From assembly GCA_963719505.1 (NCBI GenBank), contig CAVRCF010000005.1, positions 672,001 through 736,000 on the forward strand: 64,000 nt of DNA. The letters are read 5' to 3'. Positions within the stretch are counted from its first letter, which is position 1. Each line of letters begins with the position of its first letter. The notes below the pieces were generated by a model. That model saw only the letters and a list, made by a program, of their open reading frames with translations. It made no database searches and was not told where the DNA came from. This document shows positions 41,726 through 50,121 of the stretch, piece by piece. A program made the translations under genes and the position numbers. This DNA comes from Halobacteriovoraceae bacterium. GTDB taxonomy: Bacteria > Bdellovibrionota > Bacteriovoracia > Bacteriovoracales > Bacteriovoracaceae.

Positions 41726-42235
41726 GTGGAAAAAATACTGATCACCGCTGGATTCAAAGATGTAGAGCAACTAGAACTTGCTTCGCAAAAGCTCATCAGT
41801 TCTGGTATAAAAAAAGAGATGATAAAGTATATCACCTCTCCTATATCTCGTTACAGCGGTGTTCATTTCCATTCGGAATCTAGGGGGACAACTTTTGGTT
41901 TTCGAGCGATACCATGGGGATTAACATCGGGGGTAGTATTTTACTTATTATTTCTTTTTTTAGGGTCAAGCAAAGGTTTTTTTGCAATAATAGGTTCTAT
42001 TAATTTAAATAATTTTCTACTCAGTGTCCTTGCTTCTGCCTTTATTGCAATGTTTATTGGTTACGAGATCGGCAAAAGAACGAAAATTAACTTTGTTGAA
42101 ACTCAAAAAAAGTATCCAGAAGAAGAAAATATAACTTTAAGCATTGAAACTGACAGCCAAAATAACCTTGATGTACTCAATACACTTAACCAATTTGAAG
42201 TCGTTAACCTTCATTCGGCAGCGACTCTAAAATAG
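41726..42235 (+). CDS. 2-TM membrane protein inserted in a ferredoxin-like fold
   Basis: ITAGFKD..LELA..KL N-terminus, two hydrophobic helices, beta-alpha-beta C-terminus. Confidence 0.65.
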   Translation: MEKILITAGFKDVEQLELASQKLISSGIKKEMIKYITSPISRYSGVHFHSESRGTTFGFRAIPWGLTSGVVFYLLFLFLGSSKGFFAIIGSINLNNFLLSVLASAFIAMFIGYEIGKRTKINFVETQKKYPEEENITLSIETDSQNNLDVLNTLNQFEVVNLHSAATLK

Positions 42236-42242
42236 GAGACAT

Positions 42243-42515
42243 ATGAACAATGAACCAAGAAGAAAAAAGCCTGAGATTGATACAACAAGGCCAAATAAGC
42301 CAGAGATAAAACCAGGTGAGAAAGCGAATAACCCTGAAATTAAACCTCATACACCTGATCCAGAAATAAAACCTAACAACCCTAGGCACCCAGAGCCAGA
42401 GATCCAACCTAATCCAAGACCCTCTCAGCCAAAGCCTGAAATTAAGCCAAATCCGACACCTTCTCAGCCTAAGCCGGATGTAAAGCCTAATCCAGGGCCT
42501 AAACGAAAAATTTAA
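42243..42515 (+). CDS. Pro-rich disordered small protein with PEIKP repeats
   Basis: AGGAG RBS; repeated KPEIKP/PEI units and a 13-aa tandem repeat. Confidence 0.7.
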   Translation: MNNEPRRKKPEIDTTRPNKPEIKPGEKANNPEIKPHTPDPEIKPNNPRHPEPEIQPNPRPSQPKPEIKPNPTPSQPKPDVKPNPGPKRKI

Positions 42516-43354
42516 TATATTAGGAAGCTTACTTTTTTATTTGATTTGGAAAACTCCAAGGTTGAAGACTCATACCATTCCCCATCGAGTTTAACTGATA
42601 TATTTTTATCTGATTTGACCTTAAGTTCAGTTAGATAGTGCACTTCTATCTCATCCCTTGCATCAATTTCGTCATTAAATGTAAGCTCTGAAATTGCTTG
42701 GATTGAGCTAAACATATTGCCGTCATTGCAAGATAGAAAACTGAAATCCTCTCCGAAGGAAGAAGTATAGGAGGGGTTAACTCTTATTCCACCGCCGGCG
42801 TATAAACCTTGAGAGACAACAAAACCACAAGTATTAATGTCCTTTGTTTCTCCATCAAGTTCTACTGAGACTTTAATAACATTATCGGAAAACAATTTCT
42901 TTAACCCTGATAAATAATAGGATAATTGCCCTATGGTCTTTTTCATACCAGAGTCCGAATCTTCAGTGATTTCAGCAGGTGCACCACAAGTTGCAACATT
43001 TATAAAATATCTGTCATTCAACTTCATGATGGGTACTTCAATCGAGGTATTTCTTTTTAAAATTCTATCCACTCTAAGGGCGTCTAGCTGAGGCATCGAA
43101 CCAAAAATTGACTTTGCAAAGTCATTAGCAGTTCCCATTGGAATATATATGACCTTTGGGGTAAAGTTAAAATTAAACTTATTAATGAAGTAATTTAAAC
43201 TGCCGTCACCGCCAATAATAACAAAAGGATCTTCAGTAGAAGTATACGTACTTGATTCATCGTACACCTCTACTGAGTAACTACTTTTCACTTTATCTAA
43301 AAGTTCACTGCATTCGGATAGCTTTGACTTTGATCCTACTATTATTAGTTTAAT
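42512..43354 (-). CDS. Diacylglycerol/lipid kinase (YegS/DAGK family), probable ATT start at 43354
   Basis: IGGDGS, IPMGTANDFA, YFIN, LDGE; frame stays open to ATT-AAA-CTA-ATA-ATA-GTA (IKLIIV), overlapping the upstream TAA. Confidence 0.85.
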   Translation of the reverse strand: MKLIIVGSKSKLSECSELLDKVKSSYSVEVYDESSTYTSTEDPFVIIGGDGSLNYFINKFNFNFTPKVIYIPMGTANDFAKSIFGSMPQLDALRVDRILKRNTSIEVPIMKLNDRYFINVATCGAPAEITEDSDSGMKKTIGQLSYYLSGLKKLFSDNVIKVSVELDGETKDINTCGFVVSQGLYAGGGIRVNPSYTSSFGEDFSFLSCNDGNMFSSIQAISELTFNDEIDARDEIEVHYLTELKVKSDKNISVKLDGEWYESSTLEFSKSNKKVSFLIY

Positions 43355-43836
43355 TATCTCATTCCAATCATAGACTCTAGTATTTCTATGTGCTTCTTTT
43401 GCCGAGGTATAAAAACATTTTCGATTTGCCGTTTTTGAAGTTTTGTAAGACTTGAGAAGCCAAGCATCTTTTCATAGTTATCAAGACCATGCTCTTCACC
43501 TTTCTTCAAAGCAGACAATGCTGTATTATCGCCTATAATCTTTGAAGCTCCAACAAAAATTTCGACCATGGTTCCCCACAGACTTGATTCAAGCTCTGGA
43601 ACCTTGCCCTCATCAATAGCTTCCGTAGTCCAATACTGGATAGCCTTGTCGTGCTCTTCTTTCATTGCAATCAACTTATGAGCATCATCTTTCTTTTGAA
43701 AGTTTTCAAACACTTGATCATAAGCTTCAGTCGCTGAGATCTCTCCTCTGAGGATCTCATTAATGTCTTGATTAAAGAATTCATTCGGGTTTTGTGGATT
43801 GTAAGGCTCCACTGGTGTTTGTAAGTTCATAGTCAT
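43354..43836 (-). CDS. PA2169/DUF2383-like ferritin-fold four-helix stress protein
   Basis: LRGEISATEAY, EEH, ALKKGEEHGLDNY. Confidence 0.85.
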   Translation of the reverse strand: MTMNLQTPVEPYNPQNPNEFFNQDINEILRGEISATEAYDQVFENFQKKDDAHKLIAMKEEHDKAIQYWTTEAIDEGKVPELESSLWGTMVEIFVGASKIIGDNTALSALKKGEEHGLDNYEKMLGFSSLTKLQKRQIENVFIPRQKKHIEILESMIGMR

Positions 43837-45179
43837 TCTCCTTTTTTAGATTTCCCTCGAAGTTGAACAAGTGCATCTCTAACCTTTTGAAATGCAAATT
43901 TGTTGGCTCCTCGTTTATAGGGATAAATTCCATCTTTTTTATTAACTGCTGATGTACAATTCTCATGAATTGTTTTCATGATTTCTTTAAGTTCTGAATC
44001 GACTTCCGAAGCAGTCATAGGGTCGTGAGTAGAGTTCTGTGACCTCTCCAGACCACTGACAGCGACACCGCCAGCATTCGCTGCCTTTCCTGGAAGATAG
44101 ATGATGTTTTTATCAATAACAAGATGAATAGCTTTACTGGTAAGAGGCATATTTGCTCCCTCTGCAATGACCATATCTTCATTTTCTAAAAGAGTCTTAG
44201 CATCCTTTTCATCAATTTCATTTTGAGTAGCACACGGCATAGCTATATCAGCCTTAAACTGCCACGGTTTATCAGAGGCGCGGAACTCAGCACCGCTGCA
44301 CTTAAAATCTTTAAGTCGTTTTCGTTTTACAAATTTAAATTCTTTCAACTCTTCTAGTGTTTCTCTTGAGATTCCATCAGAAAAATAGAGAGTTCCACCC
44401 GAGTCGGAAACTGTTAGTGGAATCGCTTCCTTATCTAAAAGCTTCTCAACGGCAAAAAGAGCAACGTTTCCAGATCCAGAGACCAGGACTCTTTTCCCTT
44501 TCAGCTTTCTTTCATGGGCTTCAAGAGCTTCATTTAAAAAATAGACACATCCATACCCGGTGGCTTCTTTCCTTATTTTACTTCCGCCGAAACTGACGCC
44601 TTTACCTGTGATAACGCCCTCGTGTTTTCCTTTAATTTGGAGAAATTGCCCAAAGAGATAACCTATCTCCCTCGCTCCAACGCCAATATCACCGGCAGGA
44701 ATATCTTTATCAGGTCCAATAAAGGGATGGATCTCTGTCATAAAAGCCTGACAGAACCTTCTAACCTCACCTTCAGACTTACCTTTGGGATCAAAGTCAG
44801 AGCCTCCCTTAGCTCCTCCCATCGGTAACCCAGTGAGAGCATTTTTAAATATTTGCTCAAAACCCAAAAACTTCAAAACACTGTCGTTGACCTTTGGATG
44901 AAATCTAAGACCACCTTTGTAAGGTCCCAAGCAGTTATTAAACTGAACTCTCCACGCATGATTGACACGAATTTGATCTTTGTCATCAAACCACTCAACC
45001 TTAAACTTTATGACTCGATCAGGTTCGATAAGTCTAAAAAGAGATTCTTGCAACTCTGAGTAAGAGTGATCATCATCTGGAGAGAGTACATCCTCAGCAA
45101 CTTCTGTTACGGCAGCGTGAAACTCATGATCTCCATGGTGAAATTTCTCTAGGTATTCTTTTATTTGATCTAATGACAT
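43833..45179 (-). CDS. gdhA: NADP-specific glutamate dehydrogenase
   Basis: GPYKGGLRFHP, GGAKGGSDFDPK, PAGDIGVG, SGSGNVA, KAANAGGV. Confidence 0.96.
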   Translation of the reverse strand: MSLDQIKEYLEKFHHGDHEFHAAVTEVAEDVLSPDDDHSYSELQESLFRLIEPDRVIKFKVEWFDDKDQIRVNHAWRVQFNNCLGPYKGGLRFHPKVNDSVLKFLGFEQIFKNALTGLPMGGAKGGSDFDPKGKSEGEVRRFCQAFMTEIHPFIGPDKDIPAGDIGVGAREIGYLFGQFLQIKGKHEGVITGKGVSFGGSKIRKEATGYGCVYFLNEALEAHERKLKGKRVLVSGSGNVALFAVEKLLDKEAIPLTVSDSGGTLYFSDGISRETLEELKEFKFVKRKRLKDFKCSGAEFRASDKPWQFKADIAMPCATQNEIDEKDAKTLLENEDMVIAEGANMPLTSKAIHLVIDKNIIYLPGKAANAGGVAVSGLERSQNSTHDPMTASEVDSELKEIMKTIHENCTSAVNKKDGIYPYKRGANKFAFQKVRDALVQLRGKSKKGE

Positions 45180-45187
45180 TTTTATCC

Positions 45188-45688
45188 TTATGTTAAGTGA
45201 GACTTATACATCCAAGATGTCTTTTCGTGATTTGCTAAAAGTGTTATTAAAAAATCCTCTGTAACAGGATCTTCTCCCATTGCCTCTTTGTTTTCTTTAA
45301 GAAAAAATTTAATCTCTTCTTGAATGGTTAAACTAGAATTAAAAAGGTCTGAGAGCATCTGGTTGGTTGAAAGCTTCTCCCCATTCATTTCTTTTAATGT
45401 ATTTTTATCGTTCATTTTTGAAACAGTACTTATTGGGGTCTCGTCTAAAACTCTTACCCTCTCAGCAATATCGTCCATAACGACCAGTAAATCCTTGTAC
45501 TGAGTTTCTAGAAAGCTATGAATTGTTAGGAACCTAGGTCCGGTGATATTCCAGTGGTAGTTTAAGGTTTTAGTGAAAAGGCCATATTCATTTGCCAAAA
45601 GACTGTTAAGGAAGCTTGTCATTGATGAAATGTGTTTTTGATCTACATTTCCGATTGGTCTTTTTGTTGAAATTTCTGCTGAATTCAT
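45188..45688 (-). CDS. dps: Dps DNA-protection ferritin
   Basis: YHWNITGP.F..IH..LE, DDIAER, HEKTSWM. Confidence 0.95.
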   Translation of the reverse strand: MNSAEISTKRPIGNVDQKHISSMTSFLNSLLANEYGLFTKTLNYHWNITGPRFLTIHSFLETQYKDLLVVMDDIAERVRVLDETPISTVSKMNDKNTLKEMNGEKLSTNQMLSDLFNSSLTIQEEIKFFLKENKEAMGEDPVTEDFLITLLANHEKTSWMYKSHLT

Positions 45689-45763
45689 TTCTTCCTCCTT
45701 TATTTAGTTACCCTTATAGTAACAAAACAAAGGAGATGCTTTCCTCAATCTTTTGTGATTGAT

Positions 45764-45781
45764 TGTGTATTTATCTAAACA
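45764..45781 (-). promoter_or_regulatory. Island box 4, upstream of the dps operon
   Basis: TGTGTA-tttatc-TAAACA; minus TACTAT at 45721-45716 (gap 42). Confidence 0.8.
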
Positions 45782-46254
45782 ACCCTCACGCTTACAGGGT
45801 CGACTTCGTTGATGGCTTTAATAACGAGATCAAGTTTATCTTTCTCTATGCTAATGACTGCTAGAGCTTCACTATCATCAATATCATAGACGCTCATTGA
45901 TGGCATTTTCTCTTTGTTTATAACATAAAAGATCGCGCTCAGTGCTGTCGCAAAAACTGCAATTGAAGTCATTAATGCGAAAGAGAACGTAAAAGAGCTG
46001 TCTCCTAGATGGCCAGTTCTCAAAAGAATTTGTTGTATAATCGCTCCAGAAATTAATCCAAATAGAAAACCAATATTAATGGCCCTTAGTAACCCTATTT
46101 TAAACTTTTCTCTGTGATGGTTTTTAATATATTTTTTTATTGAATCTCTAGTGATGATCCTACTTTTTTTGGGATCAAATCGCTTCTTCACGCTCTCAAT
46201 GAGCGACTGAGCTCTTCTTTTGTTTTGTAATTTTACTCTTACTTGTACTAACAT
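45775..46254 (-). CDS. 2-TM membrane protein, same architecture as 41726..42235
   Basis: GGAG RBS; two TM helices flanked by beta-alpha segments. Confidence 0.65.
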   Translation of the reverse strand: MLVQVRVKLQNKRRAQSLIESVKKRFDPKKSRIITRDSIKKYIKNHHREKFKIGLLRAINIGFLFGLISGAIIQQILLRTGHLGDSSFTFSFALMTSIAVFATALSAIFYVINKEKMPSMSVYDIDDSEALAVISIEKDKLDLVIKAINEVDPVSVRVV

Positions 46255-46321
46255 TTTGTCTCCATAGCTTGGTGTGAATCTGATGCACTATCTGCTACCT
46301 TCCTGGCTTGGATTTTGACAT

Positions 46322-46352
46322 ATAAATTGGGGAAGATTTCTGCCTTCCCCAT
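46322..46352 (-). terminator. Hairpin after rplY
   Basis: TGGGGAAG-8 nt-CTTCCCCA. Confidence 0.6.
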
Positions 46353-46358
46353 TTAATT

Positions 46359-46979
46359 TTACTGCTCAGACTTCTCACTTGTTGCCTCAACCTCTGCAGG
46401 TGAGTTTTCCGTAAGGTCTGCTTCTTCAGTAGCTTCTTCAGCTACAACTGTTGGAGCTGAACAAATAACGACTGGCTTATCTGATTCTTCCTGAAGTTCT
46501 ATTCCCTTCGGAAGCTTTATATCGCCAATAGTTAAGTTATCTCCAATATCAAGATGGCTAATATCCACCTCAAAAGATTCTGGCATATCGCTTGGCGTAG
46601 CTAAAACCATAATAGCATCTCTAATTGTTAAAATTTTTCCTCCGGCTTTTGCCCCTTTAGCTTCTCCTGTCAGTGTAACAGGAATTTCTAATGAAGTTTT
46701 TTCGCCTTTTTTAAGAGCGACCAAAGAGAAATGAATTCGATCATGACTTACTGGGTCTAACTGAATTCCACCAAACTTAACGAAGCTTGATCCCTTTTTC
46801 GTTTTTACTTTATAAATTTCCCCTTGCATTGAGAGAAAATTTGAAAGATCTAAGCTTTTCATTTTAATAGTTTCAGTTTCCATTCCATTTCCGTAAATCA
46901 CGCCCGGTACATACCCATTTGCGCGGATTGTTTTTGTTTTTACGTCTAATGCTCTGTCTTCAAATTTTAATGTATTCAC
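46359..46979 (-). CDS. rplY: 50S ribosomal protein L25 / general stress protein Ctc
   Basis: IRANGYVPGVIYG, QLDPV, IPVTLTGEAKGAKAGG, VDISHLDIGD, acidic tail. Confidence 0.92.
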   Translation of the reverse strand: MNTLKFEDRALDVKTKTIRANGYVPGVIYGNGMETETIKMKSLDLSNFLSMQGEIYKVKTKKGSSFVKFGGIQLDPVSHDRIHFSLVALKKGEKTSLEIPVTLTGEAKGAKAGGKILTIRDAIMVLATPSDMPESFEVDISHLDIGDNLTIGDIKLPKGIELQEESDKPVVICSAPTVVAEEATEEADLTENSPAEVEATSEKSEQ

Positions 46980-46987
46980 TCTTTCTC

Positions 46988-47599
46988 CTAGTTTAAAACC
47001 ATTCCATATTTTATGGCTTCATATTGTGTAAACGGTAATCGTGTATCAGCGTTTATTTTAGCACCTAAAAGGTCTGCGTGCACAAGGTTTGTGTCCCTCA
47101 TATCTGCACCTCTAAGGTCAGCGTATCTTAAATCAGTATTCTGAAAATTACATTTTCTTACATCTGCTTTGATCAGACAAGCCTCTCTCATAAAGGCTCC
47201 TTTAAATGAGCAATTCTTAGCGATAACATTTGAGAAGTTTGCTAAGACTAAATCAGACTTTAAGAAACTTACATTTTTTAAAAATGATCCTCGAAAAGAT
47301 GAACCCAGCGCCTTTAATCTCTTAAAACTTGTATTAATAACTTCAGCTAAATTTAAATTCACCCTCGTTAAATTGGTTAACTTAAAAACTGTCTTATTCA
47401 AATAAGCCCCACTTAGGTTTGCCTGTTCCAAATCACTGTTGTCAAATTTAACAAAAGACAGATCAGATCCTGAAAGTTGAGCTCCTCTTGCCACACTATG
47501 CTTAAACTGAGCTTTCGAAAGTGAAGCATTTTCGAAGTCGTAATTATTCATTTTTCGATTTCTAAAATCTTTACCTCTTAAATCTCTTATCGTTTTCAT
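46988..47599 (-). CDS. Pentapeptide-repeat protein
   Basis: Repeated A(D/N)LxG-type units (ANLSG, ADLRG, ADMRD). Confidence 0.93.
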   Translation of the reverse strand: MKTIRDLRGKDFRNRKMNNYDFENASLSKAQFKHSVARGAQLSGSDLSFVKFDNSDLEQANLSGAYLNKTVFKLTNLTRVNLNLAEVINTSFKRLKALGSSFRGSFLKNVSFLKSDLVLANFSNVIAKNCSFKGAFMREACLIKADVRKCNFQNTDLRYADLRGADMRDTNLVHADLLGAKINADTRLPFTQYEAIKYGMVLN

Positions 47600-47898
47600 T
47601 AATGCCTCGTCTTATTTGCATGATCAAGGGACATAAAAAGTGCCTTGGCGGAAGACTTCATGGCATCACTTAAAGAATCTCCATCTTTATGGACGTAAAG
47701 ATTCTTCTCGTTTGGCCTGATGAGATGAACGCCACACTTTATGGCTTCTCCAGACCTAGAGCTTGGCTCAATCCAAACGTGAACAGCACAATTGTGCGTT
47801 TCCGAAAGCTTATTAAACTTTTCTTCAAAGAAGTAATGAGCACTTCTTTCAACATCATGAAAGTTTAAATTCGTTTGATTATGTACAATTGTTTCCAT
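47599..47898 (-). CDS. HPF/RaiA-like ribosome hibernation factor (divergent)
   Basis: 99 aa; YFFEEKFNKL, VHVWIE, CGVHL, LYVHKDGDSLSDAM. Confidence 0.65.
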   Translation of the reverse strand: METIVHNQTNLNFHDVERSAHYFFEEKFNKLSETHNCAVHVWIEPSSRSGEAIKCGVHLIRPNEKNLYVHKDGDSLSDAMKSSAKALFMSLDHANKTRH

Positions 47899-47963
47899 AC
47901 AATCTCCGTTAGTTAATGTTATACGTCATAGACATTTTGACCATTTAGCAGAGTATTAACCAA

Positions 47964-47981
47964 TGTGTAGTTTTCTACACA
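47964..47981 (-). promoter_or_regulatory. Island box 5 (consensus match), upstream of the HPF-pentapeptide-rplY operon
   Basis: AA-TGTGTA-gttttc-TACACA-TT; minus TAACAT at 47921-47916 (gap 42). Confidence 0.85.
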
Positions 47982-47987
47982 TTTCTA

Positions 47988-48197
47988 TTATTTCGACAAT
48001 TTAGACTCTTTTGCATACTCATCAAGTTCAACTTCAGGGTCTATCTTGTCTTTTCTATAGAGAGATCGAATCTTCTTGGCCAAGAGGTCTAGTTTTCCCT
48101 TTGATCTTTCAATTTCAAAATCTCTAATCTTTGAGTATCTACTACGTACTCTTGATTTAAATTGTTTCCATTTTGAATCTTCAATTTGTAGTGGCAT
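47988..48197 (-). CDS. Second, basic CsbD/YjbJ-like protein
   Basis: KWKQFKSRVRSRYSKI.D.EI...KGKLDLL..KI..LY. Confidence 0.7.
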   Translation of the reverse strand: MPLQIEDSKWKQFKSRVRSRYSKIRDFEIERSKGKLDLLAKKIRSLYRKDKIDPEVELDEYAKESKLSK

Positions 48198-48261
48198 AAA
48201 TCCCCCTTACAAACATTGAAACAGAATACATAAAGGAATAAATCTACATGTTGTTAATTGA

Positions 48262-48279
48262 TGTGTTTATTTTCACACA
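48262..48279 (+). promoter_or_regulatory. Island box 6
   Basis: TGTGTT-tatttt-CACACA; TAAGAT at 48322-48327 (gap 42). Confidence 0.72.
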
Positions 48280-48345
48280 AAAGAAAAATAGAACCTTGCA
48301 GTAACTAGTCACCAATAGCAATAAGATAGAGTCAGGAGGATTATT

Positions 48346-48504
48346 ATGAAATATATTATTATCTCGACATTGCTATTGATTTTTACTTCATGCGCATCTA
48401 CTGTAAATAAGAAAGAAGACCAATCAAAAGTGAGTGAAAAGAATATTTTTCCAACAACTTTGATATCAACCCAAAATATTGAGGTTTCTCAAGTAGGATT
48501 CTAG
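48346..48504 (+). CDS. Small lipoprotein (52 aa), missing from the ORF track
   Basis: AGGAGG RBS; MKYIIISTLLLIFTSCASTVNKKED with lipobox FTSC; TAG overlaps the next GTG. Confidence 0.75.
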   Translation: MKYIIISTLLLIFTSCASTVNKKEDQSKVSEKNIFPTTLISTQNIEVSQVGF

Positions 48505-48896
48505 TGAAGCATATCGATATAGAAGACTTAGTTCAAGTAAGCTTGGGCACGATCATTATTGCAACCCCCATAAGCTTAACAGACGAAGCCTTAACCCTCG
48601 CCAAAACTTTACCATTGACCAATGTTATTATTACCATCTTCTTATCCCTATTTTTAAACTCAATCTTTATTTTTCACGGAGTCTATGAAGGAAAAATTCG
48701 AGCCAAATTTCCTCGATTCATCTACAGAACTATCATTAACTACACTTTGACGATTCTAACAGTCTTAGGAATTATCTATCTTCTGAATATCGACTCGAGA
48801 ATTGATTCAGCACAAAACCTTGCGAGAGTCCTAGTAATGATCTCTTTTCCTGCTTCTTTAGCCGGTGCAATAATAGATTCATTTGATAAAGAGTAG
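48504..48896 (+). CDS. DUF2391-like membrane protein
   Basis: EDLVQVSLG...PISLTDE; ISFPASLAGAIIDSFDKE. Confidence 0.75.
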   Translation: MKHIDIEDLVQVSLGTIIIATPISLTDEALTLAKTLPLTNVIITIFLSLFLNSIFIFHGVYEGKIRAKFPRFIYRTIINYTLTILTVLGIIYLLNIDSRIDSAQNLARVLVMISFPASLAGAIIDSFDKE

Positions 48897-48897
48897 C

Positions 48898-49983
48898 TTA
48901 TTTCTTTACAAGTAGTTTATTGACAACTTTATCAAAAGGATAAACTTCTAAAACCATATTTTCTGTAAATTCTTTTGTCGAGTAACTTCCTACAACCCCT
49001 TCGAGTTCAATGACCTTGTTGAAAATTGTAACTTTTAACGTTTTGATGTCAGCAAAGATGAGTTTGAGCCTAGATTCAATCTCTTTTTCTCTCTTTTTAA
49101 TTGGGAATTTCACCTCTCCCGTTAGGACTATATCTCTTTTGATCTTTTGAATTCCACTAAACTTTTTAATTAAGTTTTCAATACTCATAAGATCTTTATA
49201 ACTATCTATTGATCCATTTATCGTAACAGTTCTATCTTTAAAAATATATTTCAAGTCCACCATCCCCTTTGCCGTATTTTTAACATATAGACCTATCATT
49301 GACTGAAGTCTTTTCACATCAACTCTATCAACATGTTGAACTGAAAGGTTTTTAGCAATGGCTTTTTTCACTCCTAAGACTGACTGAACTTCTTTGACCA
49401 CAATCTCATATTCAAAAAGATTTTTGGTGTGTCCGTCTATAAAGACGAAGCCATCAACCGATTTAATTTTAACATCAGTTGAAGGAGAAAATATTGAGAT
49501 ATGAGATTTAACTATTTTTGCAAGCCTCTCATCGCCTTCACTCACGCCCCTAGATTGATTCCTCATTTTTAAACTCTCTATAATAATTTCAGGAAAGAGT
49601 TCCGCTTCACGTGGCCAAGAGATAATCCCACTTATACCTTTTGCATAAAGGTTACTATAAAAGTTTGAACTCCTTTTCGTTCTAGAAAGAAAGTATTTTG
49701 GAATGTCACTATACAAGGCAAGAATATCATTCATTCTTCTTGGAGAAGTGATTTTGAGTTCATTTTCGTCAAACACTATGGCGATAGTTGATCTATTGAT
49801 AGAGAATGTCGCCTGTGCCATCGAAGTCACTCTCAGTGAGAAACTAAATTGATTTTGTAAAATTTTTAATTTTTCACTCACCTCTCCATTTCCAATCACG
49901 ACGATATTGTAGTTTTTATCGGGGATAAATTTAGGTGGGCTATGGGTTTTATCAAAATAAGGCTTTGTTGTTTGCATATTCAT
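48898..49983 (-). CDS. Degenerate receiver-like domain fused to three BON domains
   Basis: IVFD/YFLS/GIISWP REC-like core; BON ends GVKKAIAKNL, GIQKIKRDI, DKVVNKL; no signal peptide. Confidence 0.65.
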   Translation of the reverse strand: MNMQTTKPYFDKTHSPPKFIPDKNYNIVVIGNGEVSEKLKILQNQFSFSLRVTSMAQATFSINRSTIAIVFDENELKITSPRRMNDILALYSDIPKYFLSRTKRSSNFYSNLYAKGISGIISWPREAELFPEIIIESLKMRNQSRGVSEGDERLAKIVKSHISIFSPSTDVKIKSVDGFVFIDGHTKNLFEYEIVVKEVQSVLGVKKAIAKNLSVQHVDRVDVKRLQSMIGLYVKNTAKGMVDLKYIFKDRTVTINGSIDSYKDLMSIENLIKKFSGIQKIKRDIVLTGEVKFPIKKREKEIESRLKLIFADIKTLKVTIFNKVIELEGVVGSYSTKEFTENMVLEVYPFDKVVNKLLVKK

Positions 49984-50048
49984 AAAGTCTCCTTAAAGCC
50001 ATTATATGTTACGACACAACGCGACTCTTTCACTGAAGGTGACTTTAG

Positions 50049-50066
50049 TGTTTAATATGATACACA
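50049..50066 (-). promoter_or_regulatory. Island box 7
   Basis: TGTTTA-atatga-TACACA; minus TATAAT at 50006-50001 (gap 42). Confidence 0.82.
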
Positions 50067-50121
50067 ATTTAATAAAAAAAGGGTTTAATAAGACCATTAT
50101 ATTGCTGTCACGGGAAACGTT

